From Hemiscyllium ocellatum (Eukaryota), in assembly GCF_020745735.1 (NCBI RefSeq), contig NC_083401.1, forward strand, positions 98,081,740-98,145,739: 64,000 bases of DNA. The letters are read 5' to 3'. Positions 27,031 through 39,400 of the stretch are shown here, piece by piece. The translations under genes and the position numbers were made by a program. The notes under the pieces are model-generated. The model was given only the letters and a program-made list of their open reading frames with translations, was not told where the DNA came from and ran no database searches. Within the stretch, counting starts at the first letter, position 1. Every line of letters starts with the position of its first letter.

Positions 27031-29224
27031 TTCAAGAGGATTGCTCCACAGTATCCGGATCAAAAAAGCTTCAGCTCAGACCATTTCTCCAGAAGCTTGT
27101 CTTGCTGTTTGTGGTATCTCCTCATTCACTCATGAATGTTGTTTTCCAAAGCAGAGGCCAACCAGAAACAGTTTCACTTTTGTGCATTGACACTTCAAAG
27201 TAGTACATGGTTTCATCTTCTTTCTGAAAGACAAACGTCCTACTTGCCTTTTCAGGTACATATACAAAATTCCATGATAGTTCTGAAGAGCCAGTCAATT
27301 ATTCTTTATGCCCTGGCCAACATATTTTCCCTAAAAAAAACCATTTAAAAAAATAGACTGTGTGGCCATCATCATGTTTCTGGTAGAGTTTGCTATAAAC
27401 AAGATGGCAATTTTTCTACATTACAACAGCAACACTTGTAAATTACTTCAATGGCTGTAAAATATTTTCAAATTTAAAAATGCTGCCAAAATGCAAGATT
27501 CTTTCATCTGGCCACAGCACTCCCTTAGAATCTTGCAACTTTAAAAACCCTGGAAAACACTATACACTATTGTTATTTTTTAATAAACACTCAGGCATAT
27601 TACAACACACTTCTGAAACGTGGGTTTTGATCTGAGGCCTTCTGACTCATAGGTGGGGACTGTTGTGCCATAAGACACATGATGTACTCTTGTACATTGC
27701 GTCCACAGCATTTTTTTTTGCTAGTTGATCATTTTAAGCAGATAATGATCCGTTTAATTGTTATTTGCACTTATTTGTTTAGCTAATTTAGCTTAAGAGG
27801 TTGACATTAGTGGAGTCAAATCAGAATTGAATCTCATATAACATAATGATCTCCCTGCTCTAAAGACATCTGGTGGCCAGAGATCTTTGTGTTAACACCT
27901 TTACAAGAATAAGCAAAGCAATGGAAGGGTTTATTAACAGTGCTATTGAACACTCAGCAACAACTGCTCAGTTTGGGTTCTATCACAGCCACAGAGCTCC
28001 TAACCTCGTACAGTTTGGCCAATCACTTACAAAAAAATCTGAATTCAAGAGGTTAGGTAAGCATTGATTTAAAATCCACATTTGACCAAAAGGAGCTTGA
28101 AGAAGGAAATTCATTGGATCCAATATGGATTTTAAGCAAGTGTTTAATAAAGTATTATTTAAAAGTCTCATCAACAAAATTGAGGCTTGTGGATTAGGAG
28201 AGATAGTATCAGCTTGGATTAAAAATTGACTTAAGAGTCACAGAGATGGACAGCATGGAAACAGATCCTTTGGTTCAAGGAGTTATGAACCTGCACTCCA
28301 AGATCTCTTTGTTCAAAAACATTCCCTAGAGTTGTCCTAATCAGAGTTTCAGAGTATCAAATTAATTTTGGTCACTGCATATTTGAAAGGATGAACCAGA
28401 AGGTTCCAGGGACAAGTGATTTTTTTTCTCCATAGTTACGTTACCCAAGCTGAAGGTGTTCTCCAAGGAGCAAAGAGGATTTAGTTCACGTGTAAAAATC
28501 TGAGCAGTTTAAGTGGATGGATGGCAGCCAAGATTAATATTTTTTAAAATGGTAAGGGGATAGCGTGGGGGAACTAGAGCAGGAGGGCTGCTCATGATAC
28601 GTGAAATGTATTCAAATGAAGGATGCACCGGAAAAATCAATTGCTTAAATTAAATATAGGGACAGACTTTATACTTTAAAAGAGATCATTTGCTTCATTA
28701 GTTCATTGTTAATAGGCACTCAGTTTAATGAGACACTTGGGACCATCTAGTGGTACAGTGATAGTGATCCTACCCCTAGTCCCAGCTGCTCCAGACGTGT
28801 GTAATAACATTAGAAAAATGACAAATGAAAAATTGAAAAATTATCATTTGGGCTCGGAGCATATGGGAAGGTCTTGTCATGGCTCTGGTCATAATCAAAT
28901 GAACAGCAGGTGCTTAGAAGTAATTTGACCTAACTGTCTACAACTCTTCCATGGTTATGTGTACACTCCAGTGTCTCTGCAGAAGGTGCACGCAGTGTCC
29001 ACTGATACACGAGACCTTCAGTAATGATTGTTTCTCCAAACCTTGAGTGCACCCAGCCCTCAAAATAATTTGGTGTTCCCAGGAAAGTTTGTTTTTGTGA
29101 AACTGTTACTTAATGGCAATATTTCTTGTACTTCAAAAAGAGATATTTCCGTCAAAACAGTGTGTCGTCAGGAAGGAGGCAGTAATTTGAAATGTTGCCT
29201 TTTATTCAGAAATCTATTTTTTCT

Positions 29225-31000
29225 TAAATTCACTTATGGAATGTGGGTGTAAGTGGCTGGGCTAGGTTTTTTGGCATCCCTAATTGCCCTTGGAGTGGCA
29301 GTAGTGATAAGCTACCTTCCTGAACCGATGCAATCCATGTAGTCTAGGTAGACCAACAATGCCACGAGGATAGGAGTTCCAGCATTTAGATTCAACCATG
29401 AAGGAATGGTGATATAGTTCCAAGTCAGGATGGTGCATGGCTTGGAATGGAACTTACAGGTGGTGATGTTGCCCTCATCCCTCCAGACTGTATTGGTCCC
29501 AGGTTTGAAAAGTGCTGTCGAAGAAGCCTTAATGAATTTCTGCAGTGCATTGTAGAGTTAGTACACACTGCTGCGTCTGCAGTCAAGCTTGATTATTGGA
29601 TCTCTATTCATCCAGCAATTGGAGTGTATTCCAAACTCTTGACTTGTCTTTGAGATGATGGATAGATTTTGGGAGTCAGCACGAGTTAATCACCGGATTG
29701 CCTCTGACCTGCCCTTATAGCTACTGTATTTATATGGCTAGTACAGTTCTGTTTCTAGAAAACGGTAACCCTTAGGATGTTGACAGAGGGGGATCCACTC
29801 ATGGTAATGCAACTGAATGTCCAAGGATGATGGTTCCATACTCTCAGGATGGACTTCGTCATTGCCTGGTATTTATGTGGTACGAATGTTATTTGCTAGT
29901 TGTCAACTCAAGCCTGGATACTATCTAGATCTCCAGTCTTGCTCAGGCTTCTTGATGCCACACTTGGCCAAAACATGACCTTCAAGTCAAGGGCAGTCAT
30001 TCTCACCACTTAAAATTCAGCTCTTCTGTCCATGTTTGAACCAAAACTATGATGAGGTCAAGAGTTGAGTGGCCCCAGTGGAACCCAAACTGGGGGTTGA
30101 TAAGGTGTTACATTTTTCATCAAACAAATGATGATCACGACTAACTTGACTGAGTAATTGACAATGCAATTTGTGATTGGATTGAATTTGCCCTGTACAG
30201 GACATATGTGAGAAATTGTCCCCATTGCTGGGTGGATGCAGGTATTGTAGCAGTACTAAAACAGCCTTGCTAGAGGTGAGGCAAGTTTTGGAGCATATGT
30301 GTTACACCATCAGAGCACAGAAGCTGACCCTTCGGTGCACCATGCCCATACAGACTAAATTTCCCAGACTAAACTAGTCCCATTTGACTGTGTTTAGGAG
30401 TATCCCTCTAAACCTTTCCTCTTTCCTGTACCTATCTAAACATCTTTTAAATGTTTTAACTGTAGCCATACCTAACACCTCCTCTGGCAGTTCTTTCCAC
30501 ATACGAACCGCCTTCTGTGGAAATATTGCTCCTCAGGCCACTTTTAAATCTCATGTTAAAATTATGCCCTCCAGTTTTGAACCACCCTCCCCCACTCTAG
30601 AGAAAAGACATCAGCTATTCACTTTACCTATGCCCAAACTTTAACTGCTAGATCTTTTCAAAGTCTAATACATTTAGCATAATGATAGTGCCGCACAACA
30701 TGATAAAAGGTATTCTCCACGTGAAGGTGTGACTTTGTTTCCATAATGACTGAGTGATGATCACTCTTACCAATACAGATTAATCTGTCCATGATAGTGA
30801 GAGACAGAGGCCAAGTACATTCTTCCCTCACCACCTACCATAAAGCAATATAGCAGCAATGTCTTTCAGTGATTGACTCAACCAATCAGTAGTGCAGCTT
30901 CAGACCTACACTGGTTTTGAATATTGACCTCACTCAGTACATTCTGTACTCTGGTCATACTCAGTGTGTTCACCAAGTGGTATTCAACATAAACCACTGA
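29225..31000 (-). mobile_element. Degenerate non-LTR retrotransposon (clade not assigned), with a nested CR1 3' fragment at ~30310-30640
   Basis: The RT thumb sequence is shared with 5490-5770 and the 3' tail is shared with the SINE at 19870. Confidence 0.6.
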
Positions 31001-31719
31001 TAATAATCCAGGGACCCAGATATTAGGTCATTTGCCAACCCCCAAGGCATCTGGCTTCACATTGTATTAAAAAGGACTGATTACGTTGCTGGAAAATTAG
31101 CTGTTGATTTGGGCTACAGAGGCCAAATGCATCACAATTACTTAATGAACCTATGACCAAGGAACAAGACTTCAAATGATAAATAATGCTCATGAAATAC
31201 AGCCTGGTTCTGTAATCCAAACTGCAAGGATGATCTTAAGGTTTTTTATATTTGGATCCATCCCATACAGTTTATCAGCAATTATTAAAACTGGCTCTAC
31301 CATCTTCACAGGTTTGGGGCAAAGGAGCACACTGGCTTACACTATAATTGCTTTAGACATCAGCCACAAGTATCAATATTACTTGCATGCTTATCTTTTT
31401 AAAAGAACGCTCGTCACCTGCACGTGGGTTTTTCATATTTATATGAAAGCCTTAGTGTTTATTTGGCCACCGCACCATTTTTGTGGCTTGGGACAAAGCA
31501 AATTGGGTCGGTGGTCATTTACCTCGAAACAAAAAGTACTTACTGCATCTTAACATGCAGATTTGACAGATGAAAATAAATTCCCGAGGCAACAACATAT
31601 AACATGCTCTAAACAGTACCTTAGGTTTATTTTAAAAAGTTACAGCTTTCAAAAAAAAGCACCAGGAACCTGACTATATTAAAATACCAACTTTAAATAT
31701 CACGCCAGCAAACCGGAAG

Positions 31720-32620
31720 AGACTATGGGAGAGGGAGCAGCCGCCACCATTCGTCAGCTCAGACATGTTTCCAGAGTCAGACACAGGGGGAGTGCCATTT
31801 ATCACGCTGTCCCCGCCCTCCCTCCCTCCCTCCCTCACTCACCAGCTGTCCTCCTCCGCCTCCTTATCCTCCGAAGCCATTGTCTCCAGATCCAGCGCCG
31901 CCACCTCATCCAGCACCGTCCGCTCCCCCAGCACCGGGCTCTCCCTGTCCCCCGACACAGAGCCCTGCGTCTGAGGCACGGCTCCGCCCCGGGCCGCCAG
32001 CTGGGACGCAGCCTCCCCATCCTGAGCGAGCGCCGGGCCGGGGTTAGAGCCGCTGACGGACGGCCAAGCGTTGCCGCAGGCCCCGGGGAGGGCAGGCGGC
32101 TGCTTGGGGCTCAGGAGGGTGGACCGGGTCCTCAGTTGTTCGTTTTGTTTCTCGAGTTTGCGAACCAACTCCTGCAGCTTCCGTACTTCCAGGTCGGCGC
32201 TGACGTTGGAGTTAACGTCCTCCATCCTGACGCGTCTCTCGAGCGTTTCCCCCTCTCTCTCCCGATCTTTTATCTACTCTCGACCCCTTCGTCGTCCTCA
32301 CCTACCGCGACATGACAGGCGCAGCCGGGTTCCCACGCCCAACTCCGGGCTCGGCCGTCATTTGCCGGCCGCCATCTTCCTGCCGCCGGTCTCCACCCCG
32401 TCGCGTGACGTCACCGGGTTCCTGCCTCCCGTGGGGGGGACCAAGACGTCACCGGGTTCCGACACGTCTCGATTCATGACGTTACCGCGCCGGCCACGCC
32501 CCCCTCAACCAGACAGCTGACGCGTGGCGCCCGGCTCCAGTCTCTGTCACGAGCGCAACTTGCAACATTGTGAACACGCGCTCACTGCCAACAATGCGCC
32601 TTCGAGATGTTACATCGTAT
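31720..32620 (-). promoter_or_regulatory. CpG-island promoter of SLAIN2 with YY1, CRE and GC-box motifs
   Basis: Sharp GC/CpG enrichment in an AT-rich, CpG-depleted background. YY1 AAGATGGCGG (minus strand, 32369-32378), CRE TGACGTCA (32406-32413) and Sp/KLF GCCACGCCCC (32493-32502). Confidence 0.85.
31843..32225 (-). CDS. SLAIN2: SLAIN motif-containing protein 2, coding exon 1
   Basis: [35 protein letters not shown]...LDEV...EEDSW matches the SLAIN2 N-terminal coiled coil ([35 protein letters not shown]). Donor TG|gtgagt at 31842. The 383 coding nt give phase 2, which fits exon 2. Confidence 0.95.
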
Positions 32621-32653
32621 TCATGTTGGACTGAGCTTGACCAGGTTAAAAAT

Positions 32654-32699
32654 CAGGAATCCTGATGAAGGGCTTATGCCCGAAACGTCGAATTTCCTG
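32654..32699 (+). ncRNA. Minimal type I hammerhead ribozyme motif (PLE terminus)
   Basis: caggaatc-CTGATGA-aGGGC ttat GCCC-GAAA-CGTC-gaatttcctg. Core boxes and stem II are intact, with a palindromic ACGT at stem III, a GUC cleavage triplet and stem I pairing. The insert is flanked by TSD taaaaatca (32647-32655 / 32752-32760). Confidence 0.75.
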
Positions 32700-32995
32700 C
32701 TCCTTGGATGCTGCCTGACCTGCTGCGCTTTTCCAGCAACACATTTTCAGCTAAAAATCACACAACACCAGATGACAGTCCAACAGGCTTATTTGGAAGC
32801 ACTAGCTTTCTGAGCGCTGCTCCTTCATCTGGTGGTTGTGGAGTAAGAACGTAAGACACAGAATTTATACCAGAAGATTACAGTGTCATACAGATATATA
32901 CAGTAGGTAAAAACAGTGACTGCAGATGCTGGAAACCAGATTCTGGATCAGTGGTGCTGGAAGAGCACAGCAGTTCAGGCAGCATCCAACGAGCA

Positions 32996-33036
32996 GCGAA
33001 ATCGACGTTTCAGGCAAAAGCCCTTCATCAGGAATA
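32996..33036 (-). ncRNA. Minimal type I hammerhead ribozyme motif (PLE terminus)
   Basis: Reverse strand attc-CTGATGA-aGGGC tttt GCCT-GAAA-CGTC-gatt. The insert (32905-33033) is flanked by TSD atatacagt (32896-32904 / 33034-33042). Confidence 0.7.
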
Positions 33037-33172
33037 TACAGTGATATAATGAACAAACCTAGATTATTAAGTCTTTCATCATTTCGAATGATTTGGAGGT
33101 GCCGGTGTTGGACTGGGGTGTACAAAGTTACAATCACATTACACCTGGTTATAGTCAAACAGGTTTAATTGG

Positions 33173-33212
33173 AAGCACTAGCTTTCAGAGCACTGCTCCT
33201 TCATCAGGTGGT
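33173..33212 (-). ncRNA. Minimal hammerhead motif of a second PLE family
   Basis: Reverse strand ccac-CTGATGA-aGGAGC agt GCTCT-GAAA-GCTA-gtg, with palindromic AGCT at stem III and cac/gtg as stem I. Confidence 0.65.
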
Positions 33213-33297
33213 CGTGGCGCTCCGAAAGCTAGTGCTTCCAATTAAACCTGTTGGATTATGACCTGGTGTTGTGTGATTTGTAACATCATTTATAATG

Positions 33298-33987
33298 ATT
33301 AGATTAGATTCCCTACAGTGTAGAAACAGGTCCTTTGGCCCAACAAGTCCACACCAACCCTCTGAAGAGTAATCCACCCAGGCCCATTTCCCTCTGACTA
33401 ATGCACCTAACACTATGGTTATTTTAACATGGCCAATTCACCTGACCTGTACATAAAGTCAGAGAGATGTACAGCATGGAAGCAGACCCTTCGGTCCAAC
33501 CCGTCCATGCCGACCAGATATCCCAACCCAATCTAAGTCCCATCTGCCTGTGCCCAGCCCATATCCCTCCAAACCCTTCCTATTCATAAACCCATCCAAA
33601 AGCCTCTTAAGTGTTGCAATTGTACCAGCCTCCACCACATCCTCTGGCAGCTCATTCCATACATGTACCACCCTCTGCGTGAAAACGTTGCCCCTTAGGT
33701 CTCTTTTATATCTTTCACCTCTCACCCTAAACCTATGCCCTCTCGTTCTGGACTCCCCGACCCCAGGGAAAAGACTTTGTCTATTTATCTTATTCATGCC
33801 CCTCATAATTTTGTAAACCTCTATAAGGTCACCCTGCTTTGGACTGTGGGAGGAGACTGAAGCAAACCCACACAGACACAGGGGTATTTGCAAAATCCAC
33901 ACAGCCAGTCACTAGAGGCCTGAATTGAACCTGGGACCCTGGTGCTGTGAGGCAGCAGTGCTAGCCACTGAACAACCATGCCACCCC
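33298..33987 (-). mobile_element. HE1-type V-SINE interrupted by a CR1 3' fragment (33457-33833)
   Basis: tRNA-like head (reverse of ...gaacaaccatgccacccc), (ctaat)n tail, and the CR1 ORF2 end inside it (ORF 33459-33902). Confidence 0.85.
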
Positions 33988-35409
33988 AAGTTGCAAGTTT
34001 TGGTTCATTAATATGTAAATCCCAGAACGCCTTTTAAGTCACCTTCTCAAGATAAGTTAAGGTTTCATAACAAAAGGTGACAGCTCAGGTGTGAGGCCAG
34101 AGTCTGCAACCCAATCTTGAGTCAGACTGGTTCTATTGTGCACTTTTTGAGCATGTGCGCTCATATTCATACAAGCACACACTCACTCTCTCCCTCATGC
34201 ACGCTCACACACAAGTCTATGGAGTGAATTTGTATTTGCAGAATTATATTTGCAGATAAATTCTAATTTGCTCAAAAAATGCACAATCTGCAGGCAGTCA
34301 ATACATGTAATATTTTGTAAATTTCACTTTGGAAATAGAACCAGTTTGACTCAAGATTGGGTTGCACACCTTTAATGGGTTGTCTGAGCTGAAATGTCAC
34401 CTTTTGTTATGAAACTTTAAGTTATCTCGAGAAGGTGACTTAAAAGAAGTTCTGAGATTTACATATTAATAAACTGAAACTTGCAACCCATTCTAAAAGA
34501 TGAAAGACTTAACAATCCAGGTTTGTTCAATATATCACTGTATGACACTGTAATCTTCTGCTATAAATTCTGTGTCTTACGATGTTATACTCCATAACCA
34601 CTTGAAGGAGTAGCGCTCTGAAAGCTAGTGCTTCCAAATAAACCTGTTGGACTGTAACCTAGTGTTGTGGGATTTTTACCATCATATTCAAACACTTCAT
34701 AAGAATCACAGACCACACCTGATTCCTTTTTTTAAAAACACACATGCTTTTTTGTCTTGCCTTTGTAATGTGAGGTGGGCACTACAACACCTGGTGGAAA
34801 CAGAAGCTTGCATTAATGATCACCTTCTCATGTTATTAGGACCAACCTAAGTAGTCCACATTCAATCATTAGAGAGAGAGAGAGACACTACCGGTGGTGA
34901 GGAGTTTTAAGACGAGGAGTGAGATTGAGAAGGCAGGGCCTTCATGGTGACCTCAGCCAGTGCAGTCTAGTAATCTAAATCGCTGCAGATGTAGTTTAAA
35001 TCCCACCATGGTGGCTGGTGGAATTTAAATTCATTTAAAATAGTGACTGTAAAATACCACTATAATAAAAAGAATGTCCCTGAAGGAAAGGAAAACTAAC
35101 AATTGTACTTGGTATGACTTAATGTAACGCTAGACCCACTATAACTGTCCTAATGTGGCCCAGTAACCCATTTAGTTCAAGGCAACCAAGGATGGCGGTA
35201 AATTCTCACCACAACAATAATAGTCACACCCCATGAAATAAAGAAAAAAAATGCTGTTTTAACACCTGATCACTATTTTATTGTTCACAAATGTGGAAGC
35301 GATGTTGAGTACCGCTAGCTCTCCCAATGACAAGTGAATCTACTTTGCTCGTACTAGTTGATGAATACCGAGTTAATTCATACTGTTGCTGGAAAATGGG
35401 TAATGAGAT

Positions 35410-36680
35410 AGAGTCATAGAGATGTACAGCACAGAAATAGACCCTTCGGTCCAACTCGTCCATGCCGACCAGATATCCCAACCCATTCTAGTCCCACCTG
35501 CCAGCTCGTGGCCCCCAAACCCTTCCTATTCATATACCCGTCCAGATGCCTTTTAAATGTTGCAATTGTACCAGCCTCCACCACTTCCTCTGGCAGCTCA
35601 TTCCATTACACGTACCACCCTCTATGTGAAAAAGTTGCCCCTTAGATCTCTTTTATATCTTTCCCCTCTCATCCTAAACCTATGCCCTCTAGTTCTGGAA
35701 TCCCCCACCCCATGGAAAAGACCTTGTATATTTACCCTATCCATGCCCCTCATGATTTTATAAACCTCTATAAGATCACCCCTCAGACTCCAACGCTCCA
35801 GGGAAAACAGCCCCAGCCTTTTCAACCTCTCCCTATAGCTCAAATCCTCCAACCCTGGCAACATCCTTGTAAATCTTTTCTGAACCCTTTCAAGTTTCAC
35901 AACATCTTTCCGATAGGAAGGAGACCAGAATTGCACGCAATATTCCAACAGTGGCCTAATCAACGTCCTGTACAGCCGTACCATAACCTCCCAACTCCTG
36001 TACTCAATACTCTGACAATGAAGGAATGCATACCAAACGCCTTCTTCACTATCCGATCTACTTGTAACTCCACTTTCAAGGAGCTATGAACTTACACTCC
36101 AAGGTCTCTTTGTTCAGCAACACTCCCTAGGACCTTACCATTAAGTGTATAAGTAAGTAAGTCCTGCTAGGATTTGATTTCCCAAAATGCAGCACTTCAC
36201 ATTTATCTGAATTAAACTCCATCTGCCACTTCTCAGCCCATTGGCCCACCTGAGCAAGATCCCATTGTTAATCTGAGGTAACCTTCTTCGCTGTCTACTA
36301 CACGTATAATTTTGGTGTCACTTACAAACTTACTAACTTATACCTCTTATGCTTGTATCCAAATCATTTATGTAAATGACAAAGAGAAGATGACCCAGTA
36401 CCGATCCTTGTGGCACTCCACTGGTCACAGTCCTCCTGTCTGAAAAACAACCGTCCACCACCACTCTCTGTCTTCTACCTTTGAGCCAGTTCTGTATCCA
36501 AATGGTGAGTTCTCCCTGTATTTCATGAGATCCAACCTTGCTCACCAAGGGGAACCTTATCGAACATCTAATTGAAGTCCATTTACATCACATCTACTGC
36601 TCTGCCCTTATCAATCCTCTTTGTTACTTCTTCAAAAATCTCAATCAAGTTGTGAAACACGATTTCCCATGCATAAAGCC
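35410..36680 (-). mobile_element. 5'-truncated CR1 (HER1-like) LINE
   Basis: ORFs read SGVPQGSVLG, LYRTLIRPLLEYCVQFWSP and FFT, with a (gactcta) tail. Confidence 0.92.
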
Positions 36681-36689
36681 CTCCAACAA

Positions 36690-37790
36690 CTTGATTGAAT
36701 TGAATTGAATTTATTGTCACATGTATCGAGGCACAGTGAAAAGATTTGTCTTGTGAGCAATACATGCAGCTCACATGGTTAAGTAGCATAGATAATTAAA
36801 TAGGGTAAAAAGTGGCAAAAATCAAAACACAGATATAGGCGATTGCTAAGAGTTTGCGAGTCCATTCAGTATTCTAACAACAGTAGAGTAGAAACTGTTT
36901 CGAAACCAGCTGGTGCATGTGTTTGGGCTTCTGTACCTTCTCCCTGATGGTAGAGGTTGTAGAAAAACATTGCCAGGGTGAGATGGATCTTTGAGAATGC
37001 TGGCAGCCTTTCCTTGACAGCGAGCCTGGTAGATGGATTCTATAGATGGGAGGCTGGCATTTGTGATTGTCTGGGCCGAGTTCACCACTCTCTGTTATTG
37101 TCTTTGATCTTGAACGGTATTTGCCATACCAGGTAGTGACACATCCAGACAGAATGCTCTTGATGATGCACCTATAAAAGTTGGCAAGAGTATTTGCTGT
37201 CATGTCAAATTTCTTCAGCTGCCTGAGGAAGAAGAGATGTTGTTGAGCCTTTGTAATCAGCATCCACATGAGGAGTCCAAGAAAGCTTGTTGTGGATGAC
37301 CTCTTCCAGGAGCTTGTCACTCTCTACTCGTTCCACCTCTGTGCTGATGATGTGAAGGGGAGCATAAGTAATATCTTGCTGAAAGTCAATAATGAGTTCT
37401 TTGGTTTTGCTGGCATTGAGAGCTAGGTTGTTCTCAGTGCACCATTTTTCCAGGTCTTCCACCTTCCATCTGTAGTCTGTTTTGTCCCCATTTGAGATTC
37501 AACCTGCTATTGGTGGTGTCATCAGCGAACTTGTAAATGGCATTAATCTGGCATTTGGCTGCAGTCATGGGTATACAGTGAGTACAGTAGCGGCTGAATA
37601 CGCACCCCTGTGTGTGCTCCAGTGTTGAGTGTTGGTGAGGATGAAATATTGTCCCCAATCTTCACTGATTGTGGCCTGTGGGTCAGGAAACTGAGGATCC
37701 AGTTGCAGAGAGTGGGGCTTATGCCAAGATTACTAAGTTTAGTAATCAGTCTCAAGGGGGTAATAGTGTTGAAGGCTGAACTGTAGTCAA
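36690..37790 (-). mobile_element. Rex1/Babar clade LINE, 5' truncated
   Basis: [62 protein letters not shown] and a (caatt)n tail. Confidence 0.88.
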
Positions 37791-38100
37791 AAGTTGTGTT
37801 TTTGTTGTTTCAATTTCCAAATAAGTGTTTTGAGAACAATGGAGTTATACTTTTACTTGCTGTTTAAATTTTTTTGAATTTGTATTATAGGTAGATAATT
37901 CAGTTTATACTTCATTATATCTTCTTTTTTTATTAATAAACTTCTATTTTATTATTAAACAAAATTTGCAGCATGTATCATTCTTTTTCAGTGAGAGACC
38001 ACTTTGTTAAAACCAAAACAAATCAAAATATGATCGTTGAAGCCAAGTTTCAGTGTGGGATCTGACTTGTCTGCTAATAACATCAGCTGGAATCGTAATA
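37790..38100 (+). mobile_element. Possible 3' half of an LTR
   Basis: AT-rich, AATAAA at ~37935, ends ...cagctggaatcgtaata. Composition is typical of fish/shark Gypsy LTR U5 regions. No partner LTR is visible. Confidence 0.35.
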
Positions 38101-38849
38101 CGGTGAAATAAAGCTAGCTAGAAATATAAAATAGATAATTTGAGTTTCTGCAAGTATTTAAATAAGAAAAGGGTAACTAAGGTGAGTGTTCGACTTCTAA
38201 AGATTGAGTCTGAGGAGTTAATAATGAAAAGCAAGAAAATCATGGAATTTTTTGAACAAATATTTTGGAACTGCCTTCACTATAGAAAACTTAGAACATT
38301 ACCTGAACATAATTGAAAATCTCTGAAGAGTGGGATGAACTTAAAACAATCATCACCACCATGGAAGTATTGAGAAAACAATTAGTCAAAAAGCTTATAA
38401 AGTCCCTGTTATTCTAATTATAATAATTTTTAAATGAATAATAACAGAGATTGATTAATTCCACGAGTTAGTTTACTTACAACAATAAAACACATATTAC
38501 CAAATGATTACTGAATGTTTTTGTAGCTTGCAAACTCACGTCAACCAAACTGCTCGGGAGAGTTGCAACATCATATACATGCAACGCACAGGATGCTTTA
38601 AGGTGAGCGCTCTTAAAGATAAGGTATACATATAACTGGCAGGCCAGATCTGAAGGAATTGAAAGAAGTATCTGCAGAGGTCATAGAGACATTGGTTAAA
38701 GTGTTTCTCAAAATCTCCTAGATTCTAGGAAAGGTTGGTGAAAATCGTGAAAAATCTCTTCACTGTCCCCCTGCCCCACTGTTAGAATATTTATTAAATA
38801 CCTTGTTGTTTTATATTTGCTCTGCTGAAGGTATTGTGTATTTAATAAA

Positions 38850-39400
38850 TATTCTAAGAGTGGGTAGGTGGAAAAGGAAATAGGCAGGTAGGACAAGTCC
38901 GGACAAGTCATGGGGAGAGTGCTGAGCTGGAAGTTTGGAACTAGGGCGAGGTGGGGTAAGAGGAAATGAGGAAACTGTTGAAGTCCACATTGATGCCCTG
39001 GGGTTGAAGTATTCTAAGGTGGAAGATGAGGCGTTCTTCCTCCAGGCGTCTGGTGGTGAGGGAGCGGCGGTGAAGGAGGTCCAGGACCTCCATGTCCTCG
39101 TCAGAGTGTGAGGGGGAGTTAAAATGTTGGGCCATGGGGCGGTGTGGTTGATTGGTGCAGGAGTCCCGGAGATGTTCCCTAAAGCGCTCTGCTAGGAGGC
39201 GCCCAGTCTCCCCAATGTAGAGGAGACCGCATTGGGAGCAACGGATACAATAAATGATATTAGTGGATGTGCTGGTTAAACTTTGATGGATGTGAAAGGC
39301 TCCTTTAGAGCCTTGCATAGAGGTGAGGGAGGAGGTGTGGGCGCAGGTTTTACAGTTCCTGCAGTGGCAGTGGAAAGTGCCAGGATGGGAGGGTGGGTGA
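38850..39400 (-). mobile_element. PLE GIY-YIG endonuclease fragment
   Basis: ORF 38941-39510 reads CRNCKTCAH...NIIYCIRCSQCGLLYIGETGRLLAERFREH...VAQHFN-like...PQGIN. Confidence 0.9.

Larger units (their letters stand above)
32645..34680. mobile_element. PLE-derived inverted-repeat element hosting five nested insertions
   Basis: The left arm (32753-33090 plus 33990-34137, inserts removed) is the reverse complement of the right arm (~34335-34678). Nested inserts: two HHR fragments, a hairpin mini-PLE (33091-33283), and a SINE that itself contains a CR1. Confidence 0.8.

Noticed and set aside
31725-32520. Plus-strand ORFs of 196 aa and 149 aa
   Set aside because: Antisense shadows of GC-rich SLAIN2 exon 1 and the CpG island, with no recognisable domain.
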